64,000 nt of DNA from Takakia lepidozioides (taxonomy: Eukaryota; Plantae; Bryophyta). The stretch lies in contig CM060732.1 of the NCBI GenBank assembly GCA_030704615.1, positions 13,516,001-13,580,000 of the forward strand, in the 5' to 3' direction. Shown piece by piece: positions 13,801 to 26,681 of the stretch. The position numbers and the translations under genes were made by a program. Position 1 is the stretch's first letter. Each line of letters opens with the position of its first letter. The notes beneath the pieces are model-generated. The model saw only the letters and a list, made by a program, of their open reading frames with translations, searched no databases and had not been told where the DNA came from.

Positions 13801-16800
13801 ATATCCACTTTATGATACAGAGTCCGGGATATTCTCACCAAAGAGTAACCCTCTTCAGGACAATCAAGAACATTGTGTTGGCACCTCTGTCCACCAAGTT
13901 TCAAAATCTTGAGGCTGAGCCTAAAGCCTTGGCCCTGTTGGGGTCTAACTTTTGGGCTGCTCACACACAGCAGATTGATTGTTTGTGAAGGGCTTCAGTT
14001 TCAGTTTTAGCCAAATACTGTGCTCATACCGCAAACCCTTGTTGATAATTTCACAATTGTCCCACAAGAAATCACGGACAAAGAATCTAACCCCTTTTTG
14101 ACCACGTTTGGCAGAGGCTGCCTTAAGAGCGCACATCTTACCTATCCACTTATAACATTGACATCTCCAACCAGTTTGTCCGGCGTTTCCCATGTCTCTT
14201 GCCCAGCACAGATATGAATGTCACTTGCCCGAAGAACTTGTCCCACTTCGAGTTGTTTCCTTTGGTTAGTCAGGCCTGAGAAATTGAAAGTGCCCAGCCG
14301 CAAGCCAGCCCTTTGCATGTGAATTGTTTGTCGTCTAGGTAGCCTATGGTTGCTCCTGGACGGCCAACCGTTCTGCAAAGGGGGGACCATTACCCCGTGT
14401 GTAGATTTTGCTCGTCTTGTGTAAACTTTAAGGATTGGTAAACCATTCAAGAAACTTTCAAGTTGAAGTCCCTGCCCTTGGTTGTCTTCCTAGAGCGCCT
14501 CATTGAATCACCAATGTCTAAGACTGCTCTCCAACCAGTCAAGGGACGAACTTCTTTGAGATTGAATTGATGTGAGACTCTATTGGTAGCATTTTTGGGC
14601 ATTGCAACCTTCAAAGAGAGAGAGACAATGTACTCATAAGACGTTGTTTGCCGTAGCCTTGTGGCCATAGACACCGTGCCCAGATTGGGGGGAACAAAAG
14701 GGACCAGAAACTACCTTTGTGAGGGGCTCACTCCGGTAGTATGACTTACCTTGATACAAACAATTAGTTCGGGCTTTCCAGATATCCTCTTTGTGGGTTG
14801 TGTTTACATGCCCACAGAGGGGACCCTTAGTGCTGACGCAGACAAAGCCTTCGAAGACGTAAAGCTGTACTGTGCTAAGTTCCTTGCCAAAGGTCAGGTG
14901 GTTTTATTGGGTGACTTCAATGCCCCGGGTGGGCAAAGGTCTCCATCAGGATGATATCAATTGGCCTTTTGGTGAGGACGAGCTGAATTCTAATGGTAGA
15001 CGGTTAATTAACTGTCTGGAAGAGCTTCAGCTTTTGACCTTGAATAATAGGTCAAAAGGAGACCAAGTGCAGTGGACTCGTGAGAAAGCCCAAACTGGGG
15101 AACGTTCCAATGTGGATTATATCATAATGGACAAAAATTTGTCTCCCCAGAGTGCCAGTGTGTCGATCGACAGAACTGATATTGGTACCTTTGACCACTT
15201 CCTGGTTTGGACTGAGATCAAAAGGTGTTTTCCCAACACCAAGAGATCTGTGAAATGTTCGATTCGGAAGTGGCGCATAGAAAAATTCCATAATGAAGAG
15301 GTCAAGGCTGAGTATGTCCAGGCCTTGCAAGAGGCTCTCCCTCATTTTGTCCACTCGCTCCAAGACCTTCAGTCTCCTCTGACAATGCAAGAAATGAAGT
15401 CGAAAGAGCAGTGGATTCTGGGAGGGTTTCGTCTCCTCTGTGGCTGACAAGATCATTGGGAGGAAACTAATTGTCTGTGGTAGAGCTGTTAATTGGTGGA
15501 CCAATGAGATTAAACTCAAGATAGCTGAGGGACGAGTCCTCTATAAAGAGTGCTGCAATTTGAAAACCAACAAAGAATTGTGGGCTAGGTACTACCAGAT
15601 CCGCAAAGATTTCAATCAGCTTGTAAGGTCTCAGAAGAAATTATACTGGGACAAGCTATACAGTGAAATAAACTCAAACCACCATGGTGGTAATGACAAG
15701 AGATTCTGGTTGGCCCTTCAACGTTTGTACAAGCTGAAAAACTGTCAGCAAGTAGAAGCGCTGAGGACTACTAAGGGTGCAGTGGTAACTTCAACGGTTG
15801 ACATTGTCAAAACCATGGAAACCCACTACAGTACCCTTGGCAGAATTTCTAGGTCCAAAGTGAGGGGTCCGCTGAAGAATGGAAGGACACAGTTGACAAT
15901 GCCATCAGGTCCACCAGCTTTATATCCGTTTAAATGCTCAATTGCTTCCACAATGTCAGAAGAACTAATGGGAGCGTTGTAAGCCTTTGAAATATACTCC
16001 ATTGATCCCATGATAGAGGCCCTTGTACTTCTCTTTAACCTTATCTGGAGGATTGAAATGATCTGGCGACAGGGGGTCATTGTCAATCTATACAAGAAGG
16101 GTGACAGAGAAGAACCGGGGAAGTACCGTGGCATCACGCTCCTCAATGCAGTCGGCAAGATATTTTTCAGAGTTATACGTCTCGAGGTTGATCTGGAATC
16201 TAGAGGTTGTTTCCACGAAGGCCAAGCTGGCTTTCGGCGAAACAGGGGCTGTGTGGATCATATCTTCACTCTAAGCCAGATTATTCAAGGAAAAAAGAAG
16301 GGAAACCCACTTATGTTTTTTTCTTGGATGTCAAAAAGGCTTATGACACAGTGTGGAGAGACGGTCTATGGCTCCACCTCTGGTCTTGTGGGATCAAGGG
16401 AAAGATGTGGAGAGTTGTCCATAACTTGTATGCTCACACCAAAAGCTGTATCACTGTTAATGGACGTAAGTCTAACTTCTTTGACATAGACCAAGGTGTA
16501 GCTCAACGATGTACCCTCTCCCCTTTGCTCTTCAATGTTTTCATCAATCAACTCCTTGAGGATGTGGAAAATGAGGATTTGGGCTAAGGGTGGGTGATGC
16601 CACCATACCAGCCCTTATGTTTGCGGATGACTCCGCAGGCATAGGGGAGACTCCTTCCAATCTCCAGGAGTTGATTGATTGCGCGAAGAGATACTTTGAC
16701 CTTTGCGGGTTAGAGGCTAATGTCAGTAAATGTGCAGTGGTGGCATTCAACGACCGAGGAGAGGGAGGAGGTGATCTCAAGTGGCAGTGGGGAAGCCAAG

Positions 16801-19147
16801 CAATTCCAGTCCTCCCTTCCTACACATACCTCGGTGTTGAAGTTTCCTCCAACTGTAATTGGGATGCACATATTCAGAAAGTTGTTCAAACTGGCAAGTG
16901 CAAAGCGCTGGGTCTCACTAAATTTTTCCACTCCAGAGGGATAAACTCTGAGGTCAAGAAAACCATGCTTTGTCGCATTATTAGACCTGCCTTGGAGTAC
17001 GCATCATAACACCAACCAGGCTAAGTCTCTAGAATCCATTCAAGGGGGGGTGCTTAACGAGTGCATGTCAGCATGCTCCAAAACAGCCAATGTGGCTGTT
17101 CGGGTGAGTTTGGCAGTGGGGTAGCCAAGAGATCCCGGTCCTCCCTTCCTACACTTACCTGGGCGTTGAGTTTTCCTCCAATTGTAATTGGGATGCACAT
17201 ATCCGGAAAGTTGTTCAAACTGGCAAGGGCAAAGCTCTGGGGCTCACGAAATTTTTCCACTGCAGAGGGGTCAACTCTGAGGTTAAGAAAACCATGCTTT
17301 GCCGCGTTATTAGACCTGCCTTGTAGTACGGATCTGCTATATGGGTTGATAACTCCAACCAGGCTAAGTCTCTAGAATCCATTCAAGTGGGGGTGCTTAA
17401 GGAGTGTATGTCAGCATGCTCCAAAACAGCCAATGTGGCTGTTCGGGGTGAGTTTGGCATTCTGTCCTTAAGCTCCCGACGAGATGAATTCAAGGTCAGA
17501 TGGTGGGGTCAGTTGCAACACATGTCCAACACCAGATATCCTAAGTTAATCGACTCTATATCTTGGAAACAGGACCGCCCTGTCAAACAGGCTAAGTCCT
17601 GGCAGAAGAGAGTAGAAGAGATTCTCAAGGATCTGAATGTGGACCCGCAAGTCTTGACCCTGCTGGATAAATCTGACTTAGAGACTGTAGTGTCCAAAGC
17701 CATGTCTGTTACCAGAAAATTGTCTGATGAAAATGAAGTTAGGCAGAACTTCCCTGAACCTGTTTCCAGTCTGTGACATGGGGGAGGACATCATGGATGA
17801 CCTCAAGGGTCTAACCACTCTCGGCACCAGACTGAAACTTAAACTCAGGGCAGGATGCCTACCTTTGAACAGTAAACAGAAGCTGAGAGGAAAGGGAGAG
17901 TGCAATTGCCCGTTGTGTGGGCAACCCAAAGACAATATTCATTTTCTGATACACTGTCCGGGGTACTCTCACCAGAGAGACGCTCTCCTCAAATCTATCA
18001 AGGGACTAGTGCCTGTACCTATGTTTACCAACTTTGAAAGTCTCGTGGCTGAGCCAAAAGCGCAGGCCCTTCTGGGGCCTAGTTACTGGGCGAAGCACAC
18101 ACAGCAGATTGATGCTTGTGTGAAGGGATTTCTAGAGGATATTTGGAAAACCCGGATCAATGTTCTTTTCCAAGGTAAGTCTTACTACCGACGTCAGCCC
18201 CTGACAGAGGTAGGTTCTGTCCCTTTGTGTTCCGCTCAAACTGGGCGCGGGGTCAATGGCCACAAGGCTACGGCAAACAACGTCTTATGAGTACATTCTC
18301 TCATGACACGACTGTGGTCACTCAGTACAAGAAGCGACCATAGATGACTCCAAGCAACCACATAACTGTGGTGACTCTCTCTCACCCATGACATGACTCT
18401 GGTTGGAGTATGTGGCACATGGTTTCCATACAAGGCATCTACCAGCAGATAGAGATTCCTTTGTTTTTGGGACCTACCACAACTCGATAAGTTGGGGGCA
18501 TGAAGATTTATTTTGTATGTAGTAAGCATGCTGGTCTGTGTCATGTTAAGTGGTGTGCATGCCTTTTTTGTAGGAATTCAGAGCTTGTCAAAATGGTTAT
18601 TGCAGTAGTGTGCTTGTAAAGTTGGCTTCGAGTTACTTCGGAGTTCTGATACAATTTTTGCCATTGAGTCTGAGACCTCAGGATTTTCTTGGCTTGTCGT
18701 CTTTTTCTTCTACTCTCAAATATATATATATGTATATGTGAATATGGATCTATGGCTCAATTGATAAAGTGTCCAGCACGCATTGTGGCTGGTCCGCTTC
18801 TGTTTTTCCCATTTCAGCCACTGGCCAGGAGGATTGCCCAGAGGTGAGTTGGAAGATCCACATTTGTGGAAATGTGGATGGACTAAAGGTGTGACAAGCA
18901 CTGACATGGGATGGTGTTGGGACAGGTGTCCGATTTGATCACAAATAATGGTGCTGACTGTCTAGAGCTGTCAGGCGAGGTGCGGAAGGAATTGGTGATA
19001 TCTTTACAGGATGCCTCAACTATGGAGTCCGTGGAGGGCTGGATGGGTAGCACAGTAGCACAGCTAGCCTTGCAGTTAGCAAATGCATGGTCAATCAACC
19101 GTGGCCTACCAGAGAGTAGTTCAGTCCAGCTTATGTTTATCGTGTAG
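5069..19147 (+). CDS. TOR1: TORTIFOLIA1/SPIRAL2 microtubule-associated HEAT/ARM protein
   Basis: Exons about 5069-5743, 6127-6321, 6642-6747, 6984-7559, 7873-8135, 8542-~9058, ~9138-9494 and 18926-19147. Motifs: ELKHRILAALNKLADRDT, RRLKDPDS, SSDWATRKAA, CRFDKVKPVRDS, coiled coil LERQQ/LEGRVRRLE, ASKDEATL, LVRLMGRTGPV, WIQQ|VSDL. The exon 6/7 junction is not resolved. Confidence 0.92.
10244..10315 (+). ncRNA. tRNA-like Pol III cassette in TRIM 5' LTR
   Basis: GGACGGG-TA-GCTC-AATGGTA-GAGC-A-CCCCA-CCGGAA-TGGGG-GAGGTC-CTAGG-TTCAATC-CCTAG-CCCGACC-A folds as a cloverleaf with A box TAGCTCAATGG and B box GGTTCAATCCC. The anticodon loop is irregular. TTTT follows near the LTR end. Confidence 0.8.
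10465..10536 (+). ncRNA. tRNA-like Pol III cassette in TRIM 3' LTR (identical copy)
   Basis: Identical to 10244-10315. Confidence 0.8.
10853..10893. repeat. (TC)n microsatellite, LINE tail
   Basis: Pure TC run directly after the LINE 3' end. A similar run lies at about 9537-9570. Confidence 0.9.
11420..13992 (+). mobile_element. Degenerate RTE/RTEX-like LINE copy with internal deletions
   Basis: RT motifs YCGIALLSAVGKLF, EGQVGFQRHRGC, FFLDVKKAYDTVW, ALMFADD and a C-terminal CxxC...H..C-type finger, with many stops and frameshifts. The 5' boundary is approximate. Confidence 0.85.
13995..14755 (-). mobile_element. Inverted segment holding the 3' end and TC tail of one LINE and the 5' start (endonuclease N-terminus) of the next
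   Basis: The minus strand reads LINE 3' end ...GTCTTATGAGTACATTGTCTCTCTCTC, then KVAMPKNATNR...LRLGTFNFSGL...ICAGQETW (APE N-terminus), which continues on the + strand at 14756. Confidence 0.75.
14756..18296 (+). mobile_element. RTE/RTEX-like LINE ORF (APE endonuclease, RT, Zn finger), frameshifted
   Basis: Endonuclease motifs VGCVYMP, LLGDFNA, NSNGRRL, VDYII, DHFLV. RT motifs YRGITLLNAVGK, EGQAGFR, FFLDVKKAYD, GVAQxCTLSPLLF, LMFADD. Finger CPLC...HFLIHC. Internal duplication of about 330 bp near 16783/17112. Stop at 18290, then a short TC tail. Confidence 0.9.
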
Positions 19148-20615
19148 GTCACCCCAATGGGTTCAGCCATTTTGGTTGAAAGCCTTGTCAGAAAACTCAG
19201 TTACTTCTTGTACAGACTAAGGAGTAGCACTCTCTGGCACAGCTACATGTGCAAAATATTCTTTGTCCATAGGGAAAAGTACTCTTTAGAGTTGTAAAGT
19301 ACAAATTATAGATTGGTGTTATCTATCAAGGCTCATCATCAGGTCCCATTCATACGTGCTAAGAGGATGGTGCTCAAGACTTTCACCATTGTTGAAACTT
19401 CAATCCTAGAAATTGCAATTGCACAGGTCAGTCGTGTCTTGGGTGCTAATAAGCATGTGGATCTCAAATTGTTGTCTTTCCTGTGGTGAACTAGAGAGCT
19501 ATTTTTGCCTCTCAGACCCTTGCATTAGGCTCCTAGCCTTCCTAGGGATGTTCTCCCAGTTCATGTGCCTTCTGGGGCTTTGTGAATGCAGGGGTTTTTT
19601 CCACCACTGGACTATACTTGATTTGGGGTTCCACCCAGATTCACCTTGGGTGGACAATGTCTTCATCTTTCTGGGCAAGAATTAGACTACCATGTAGTGT
19701 ACATCAGCATACAGCCCCCTCAACCAGCCTTGTACTCCCAGGCTGTACAGAAGCATCTAAGGGGACAGAGAGCCTGCAGACCTGAAAGATTGAGAGGACA
19801 AGGCAACTGGGTCGCTTGAAAATGAGCGGGTGATGTGGTATGCCACAGATCCTCAAAGAGTGCAAGTCTCAATAAAGGCAGTCTCTCAAATTCAAATCAT
19901 TCTTCCTAGGGATAGTATGAGTTTTGATTCATCAAGTTCAATAAGTTGATTCAAACCTACAGTGACTCTTAAGAGATTCAGAATCACAGTATAGGTCGTG
20001 GTACAATACAAGGGCCGCTGCAATGCACACTCTCATACAATGTAGAAATGTCCCTATCGGCCACTCTAGTTCAATGTACGAGTTTTTTCGCGAGGACACC
20101 AACATGAGTGTCAGGCTTTTGTTGAACACACGCATGCAGATTAAGTGGAGGAATTGACCTTCACCTTGAAAGGCTTAATTTTGATTCTGAGAAAGAAGAA
20201 TCCTCATCAGATAGAGGACTTCAAAATATTTCCGTGAGATGAATGTCAGCCACCAACAACAAAACATATACTACTATGAATATACATGAAGGCTGGGATT
20301 TCATGACAACTTCACAAGCAAGCAATCAGAAACAAAACAGTGACAGAATAAAAACCTGCACAACCACAGCACCTTCAAATCTGTTGTTTGCATTCATCAA
20401 TTAGAAAGTCTTGAGGGCCAGGAAACAAGTGGACAGACGCACAATAGCACTGTACAATATGTGTGTCTCAAAGATACAATAAAGAGTATGTTCATCTGCA
20501 CTTCTCACACTCTACTCCGGTTGCAACACTGTTGCACAAGCTTGTCAGAAAAAGTGAAGCAGCTGACAATTATATACAAGTGCATACGGAAGTAATGATC
20601 AGGGTAAATGGGGAT

Positions 20616-21774
20616 TCAGGAATCTGACGCCCCAAAGGTTTTTTCTCCACTGTAGCTGACGTAGAGAAAGCCATCAACATCCTTATACTCCTTGTATATG
20701 GTCCCCAACAAGGATGCTGCAAAAACCCAGCTCATGCTTCAGTCGGCCATGCTCTGACCTTTTTCTAACATAGAACACACATATATATACATATATAGGA
20801 TAATCCCACCAATTGCAACATTTGCTATCTGCTTTTAACTGCAGAGAATGATCGCAAACCTGTGGGAGGTAGCACATCGCCAACGAAAACGAACAGGGCC
20901 TGTCCAGCCTTGAGATGCAGGCGCTTGCCTATAATGTGCACAAACTGTCCTACAGTCACCTCCTCTGGCACCAGAAACCTGCCAGCCACCTGGTGTTATG
21001 ACCCCCAAGCCCTGCTCTCACCCCAAGGAGATCCTCTGAAGACACGGCAACTAATGCAGACCAAAGAAATGGCCAAAACAATCTAGTAGATTGTGAGGTA
21101 AAGCATAAAGATAAATTATTTAGATCTTGACAAATGGTAAAGCAACAGGTGTAAAGCACACACTTTTTCTTGTCCATGTCAGGCATATCCGTGTGTGTGG
21201 CTTTCTCTACAATCACCTGCAATCCCCCAACGTGCCTGTCAGGTCCACACACCAATCCCGCCAACTTTTCAAGAGACCATTTCCCTGCACATTGGGGGCC
21301 ATAACGTCTTAACGTCTGCACATTGGCTGACTTAAGTCTTTGGCCGTGATATATAGTAACCCATCCGACCTCGATGTAAGAAGCTGCTATGAGGGTTAGG
21401 GGGGACACACATGCACACACACACAGCTTACAGGAATTCTATCCGCATACTTCTTTCGCATCCTGGCCGATTCCGCTGTTCTTTCATCTGCAACCATAAA
21501 TTCACACTGACGCGTTATAACGTCACAAGATAATTTCAAAGTAACTATTTTGCCCTCCAGGGCTGCTAAATTTTCCAGATCTACCTTGAGATTCAATCTG
21601 ACATCGTGTCTATGCCATGGATGTACGGATGCACCAACCAAGAATGAAAAAGAGGGATGGACCCTAAATGACCATCATCAGACGAATTACCAGAGAAATT
21701 GAAACGAAGAAGTAAAGGAGAAGGAAGGACGTAAAACCTAGTGCGTGCGTCTCCTTGAAGGAAGTTTTTCCCAT
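20616..21774 (-). CDS. ATG8: Autophagy-related protein 8 (ATG8h/i-like)
   Basis: Exons 21774-21738, 21487-21432, 21216-21164, 20978-20860 and 20716-20616 splice to [121 protein letters not shown]. Confidence 0.95.
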
Positions 21775-22526
21775 CTCCTCTCTGTAGCAATCCCTGCACC
21801 CTTTCAACCCACCCTAGACGACAATCACAATGGAGCACAACCTACGTTCTTTACAAGATATAAAGCTCAAAGGAGGGGAGGACCGAAAACTGTAGCCCAC
21901 ATAAGACCAAATACAACGGCGCCATCACGTGACTCATTCCTCACATGCACCCACCTGTTGCATGTAAACGCTGGAAAACCTTTTTAGGTCAGAATTGAGA
22001 ATCTTCAACCTGGTTCACTACAACACCCAATTGCATCAAAGGCAGGGTGGATAAGAGAAGAAGAGACCCATCAACATGGGTTCCTTCCTAATGCAGCGTG
22101 AGAACCTTTCTGGAATTTGCGAAGGTAGGTTGCGTCCGTTCAAAATCTCTCTGCAGGCCACCACACCGCTCGTCCTTCTCCCCCTTTCTCTCTCACACAC
22201 GACAAAGCAGGTGTGAAGCAGAATGTACTTTGTACTTTCCTCGACTTTCTTCCTTTCCTTCCCTTCCCTTTGCAGAGAGGATTGGACCAACCGTCACGTA
22301 CAACTGTGAATCATCCATCCATCCTACTTTGGCCGACCTAGAGTCTGGTAGCAAACATTATGTAACGTTGGGATCTTTGAGTTGCACGTGCCACAGATAA
22401 ATAAAGTGATAGGAACGCCCGCGGCTGGGGCCTTCCCTTTCCTGAAGCACCGTTCAGATTTTTCCGCATCTTACAAAGCGTAAGATGCGTCCGACCAAGC
22501 TGGGAGGATCTTACGTACTAGATAAG

Positions 22527-22553
22527 GGGCAGGGGTTGGCATATTATGCCTCC
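22527..22553. repeat. 27-bp putative DNA-transposon TIR; second copy at 24048-24074
   Basis: GGGCAGGGGTTGGCATATTATGCCTCC is identical at both places, and each copy abuts one half of the split hAT transposase. Confidence 0.65.
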
Positions 22554-23292
22554 GAACACCGGCAATGACACATTGGCATTTTCCATCATGGGACAATCTT
22601 ACATGAGTCATTCTATGTCACTGTTGACTGGGCAGCCTCGTGCAGTGGATAGGGAAGGTTTTGTTCAGCATGTTGCAAGCATCAAGGAACAGTGTACGAT
22701 GGCAGCAAACCTTCTTATCAGTGAGCTTGAAAAAAGGTTTCCAGATTCTGGGATCATGAATGCTCTTGGTGTGGTGTACCCCCAATATTGGCTGCAGCTC
22801 GAGCGTGAGGCTACATTTCCTCTACACATGGCGGTCATCAAACGAGCTTATTGTGTTTCCAAGCAGGTAACACCTGGAGGTACTTGGATTTCTGAGCCCC
22901 TCAATGGCAATTTGCTGGAAATGCAAACTTCTTTCTTTAAATTGACAATGAAAACACAGGCAAAGAAGGCCATGGAGGAGCCTTTCGACATCAACCCCGT
23001 GACAAAACTTTGGCAGAAACTCTCTTCCAATGGCCTCATTGTTCAACGCCTTGGTGAATTCATGAAGTTTGCTGAAATTGCAGTGGTGCAGGTCCTTAGC
23101 AGTGTTGAGGATGAACGCACGTTCAGTACTTTGGCATTCATCAAGAACAAGCTACGTAATTGGCTGGTTGGTCACTTGAATACAACTGTCCATATGTATG
23201 CACAAGATTTTTACAACAGAGATACCTTCCCTTATCAAGAGGCTATCAGTGATTGGATGGAGGTGAAGACCCGTAGATCTACTGATGCTTAG
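22554..23292 (+). pseudogene. hAT (ZNF862/ZBED-like) transposase C-terminal half with dimerisation domain
   Basis: ELEKRFP, VQVLSSVEDERTFSTLAFIKNKLRNWL (hAT dimerisation motif). Confidence 0.8.
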
Positions 23293-24074
23293 GTCTCTTG
23301 GCTGCTCTCTTGGCTGCTCTCTTGGGGCTGCTTCCTTGGCAGGTCTCTTGATGATGGTTCGCAGGTCTCTTGCTTTAGGTCTCTTGGCTGGTGCTAGTCT
23401 CATCGTCTATAATGTGTTGTGACATATAATCTTCATTAATGTTTACAAGCTTTGTGAGCCAAGTTACTTGGTAATTTTATTTGTATTTCCAAGAGCCTTG
23501 CAAACATTAATACTTCTTATCTATGTGCCATGTAGCATTAGGCAGGGTCTTTTTGGGCCAGGGTTCAAATATGCCACTTAGTGTAGATTGACTGAAGTGC
23601 AGTATACGCCAATTTAAGGTTTTCTACTTATGAATGGTGGTTTCAATTGTTTTGGTGGTGTTTGGCATAATTTCGCCTAGTCTCCAATGATGCCTAAACC
23701 CTCCAATTTGCTATGTCAATTCTGGGTTATTCGCCTCAACAAGTCTACTATGTTTTAGGTTCATTCGCCCAATACCCATTCAAAATTTCATATTATCGCC
23801 AGCCATTACCACTACGCATTTTGTACAAGCGCCACATGCTCCTCTAAGGTTCTAATGGATGCCAGTTGGGCTACAATGTAAATACCTTAAAAGAAACGTT
23901 GCGTCCAGGGTGCTGGCGCATTCTGCATTCATAATTGGCAGTTTGACTGCCATAAATCGGTTGCTTGACTTTTACCTCCTCATTATGGCCTGCAGCCAAT
24001 CAGAGGCCTCGCATAATCTGCCCCAAAAATCCTTTACGCCAGTTAACGGGCAGGGGTTGGCATATTATGCCTCC

Positions 24075-25187
24075 CCGTTCTCAGTAACCCAATGTTGAGT
24101 GATTCTATAAGAAGAATTCGAGACCACATCATTGAAGTCTGGGAAGTCCTCAGGCTGAAAAGCAATTGCTGGATCTGAATACATCCTATAGACATCGGCT
24201 TGACATATCTTGTCAGCGGCCACAAAATCACAAATAAACACATCCCTTGATTGAGCAAATTTGATGAGGGAATTGACAGCCTCCAACAAAGGCAAAACAC
24301 ATGGCAAACCCAATATGGTTTGAATGTCACACAAATGATCCAGATTTGCCCTCGCTGCTGCAACTGATCCACTGTCAAGTGACATTTTGACAATCAAGGT
24401 TTTATACTCTCCCAATACCCTTTTCAAGGGCTCTAGCATGCTAATCCACCTTGTCTTCACATTCCTCAATAGCTTAAGTCCTTCTGTTTCCACGATCTCA
24501 GCGAGCTTAGTAAATTCAAGATGACGCTTGGGAGAGGTGGAGAAATACCCAAACAATGATTGGAGGAGATCCTCCAACTTGGAGACCATTGGTAGAGTAG
24601 ACAATGCTTGCACAGCCAAGTTTGTGCGATGAGCCATACAATGGACGCCAATCATGTAGGGTGCATGCTGATCCCTAAGTTGCATAGTCACTCCCGTGCG
24701 GATACCTTGGAAAACTGAAACCCCATCTGCTCAAGCCGCTCAGCAATTTGTTGGTCAAACAAGCCACCAAATGTCATTAGGGCACCCATCATCATCCATT
24801 TGAGGTTGTCGGCATTGCTCCCTTCAAGAACACGTTTAATTGTAAGCAGAATTGGAATCCGTCTCCAGTTCTGAACCACATATGCATGAACAGATAACCA
24901 ACTTTGCACCGCACCCCACGAACCTTTCCATTTGCCCCAACAACAGATTCGGCCCAGGGTAGTTTGACAGCCCAAATATCCTGAAAATGACGGTTCTTGT
25001 TGTAGACCTTATCATGTTTCCTTGCCATGTCAAGTGCAGCTTCAACTTTTGCTGGATCCAACAGAATGGCCTCAGGCTCGGAAGAATCCACATTGACGTT
25101 ACTGGACGAAGCAACATCTGTTGCAGGAACTTTGTCGCTAAAAAAATACTTGTATTTGAAGTTGTTTGGCACTCTAGGGGGAGCCAT
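24075..25187 (-). pseudogene. hAT transposase N-terminal/central part, inverted relative to the C-terminal half
   Basis: WAVKLPWAE..VRCK (zinc-finger start), GVHCMAHRTNLA, YFSTSPKR, NVKTRWIS, LIKFAQSRD. Confidence 0.8.
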
Positions 25188-25996
25188 GAGACAGCAGACA
25201 AATGCAACTCAAAGTACACCTCACAAAGACAAAGTAGCATATGCACGAACCACATAAACTCTCAAATCTGCTTACAACATACAATGAATCAAAGAATGAT
25301 GTGAGGCTCTTCCCTCCTCCATTGTCTTGTATAGTAGTGTCCTCCATCACGATGACGCCTCAATCCTGACCATGGCATCTCCCCAAACAGACCAACATGT
25401 ATCATAGTAAAGGAATTGTCGACGCATTGCGGCTCCTTCTATTACTTTGAGCACGGAATCTGTACAGTTGCCGCTTAGGTCTATTCAATCGCAGCCTTCG
25501 TCTTAGCTCTCTTTAATCGCAGTCTTGAGTGATTACTGATACTAACATAAAGTGCATGTGAAAGCACGTTCTGCAACTTGCAAGCAGCCCTAAGGCCTAA
25601 AGAGAGGAGAGGAAAAAAATGAAAGAAGGAAGAAGATGCGTGTTTTAGGGTTTTATTTTATTTTTTATTCTTAAGTCCTAAACTTGCTGACATGTGTCCT
25701 TTCATCCCAAAAACAATGAATAAATGACATTCTCATTCCGTTTTTGTAACCCTCTGCCACCCTTTTGATTATCATCCTCCTCTGCAGTCACCCTTTTGCC
25801 CTCCTCCGCGGCCACCTTTTCATATTTAGGAACTTTATCACCCAAACCAGGTTGCTATCAAAAAACGTTGAGGTGTCAGGAACTGAACACCAAGTCAATT
25901 GACTAGAAATGGAGGTCTCTACCACTAAGCTACCATACACATGTTGTAAATGTATCACTACAAAATCTATCTATACAGACTATACTATACTTACCC

Positions 25997-26027
<31 letters not shown>

Positions 26028-26426
26028 AAAATGGGCAACATAGCTGGCTCCACGTCCTCCCGCGCACTCGGAATGCGGCGATGTCCTGCACGTGGTCGGT
26101 GGGATCTGACTCCTCTGCTGTAAACTGTCTTCACTCAATATGGCGCCATGTGCCTCCCTGTGGCGGCCCCTCTAGCGAATGGTGGGCCCATCAGATCAGC
26201 TTTTGGCGAAAAGTGATGATTTTTCAGCCCCATTTCCCTTTACCTCTGTCGCCAAGACCCGCGCGAGGTCAAAATCTGGCGATTATTCGCCACTAAAAGA
26301 ATGGCTGCCCGGACGGCGTGGAGCGACGATCTTCAGCATTTTAATTTGCCTCATAATCTGCCCCCAAAATCCTTTACGTGATTCTTCGTAAGATGTGTCT
26401 GATGCTGGGGCCTATTTCTGCATGGG

Positions 26427-26681
26427 GTGGGGCGTCAAATAACAAAGGAAAAATCTGAACATAGCGGTCTCGGCATAATTGGTCCTCAGTCTCAAATCTG
26501 TGCACTCCGGGCCAAATGGGTTCCTAAAGTCCTAACGAACATCACCTCTTCATGGAGCATGTTGGTCAGACAATATGTTCTCAATTTGACACCTTCTACC
26601 TCAACTCGCTGGCCTCCTTCGCTACAATGGGTAGTTCAAGGGGGCTCTTCCACTTCTACATCTAAGAGTTCACAAGCCTGA
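26427..26681 (+). mobile_element. L1-type LINE remnant
   Basis: KEKSEHSGLGIIGPQSQICALRAKWV resembles the post-RT K..GGLGI...ALLAKW motif of plant L1. Confidence 0.5.

Noticed and set aside
25998-26022. (AT)n run, and (TAA)n near 57006
   Set aside because: Ordinary microsatellites.
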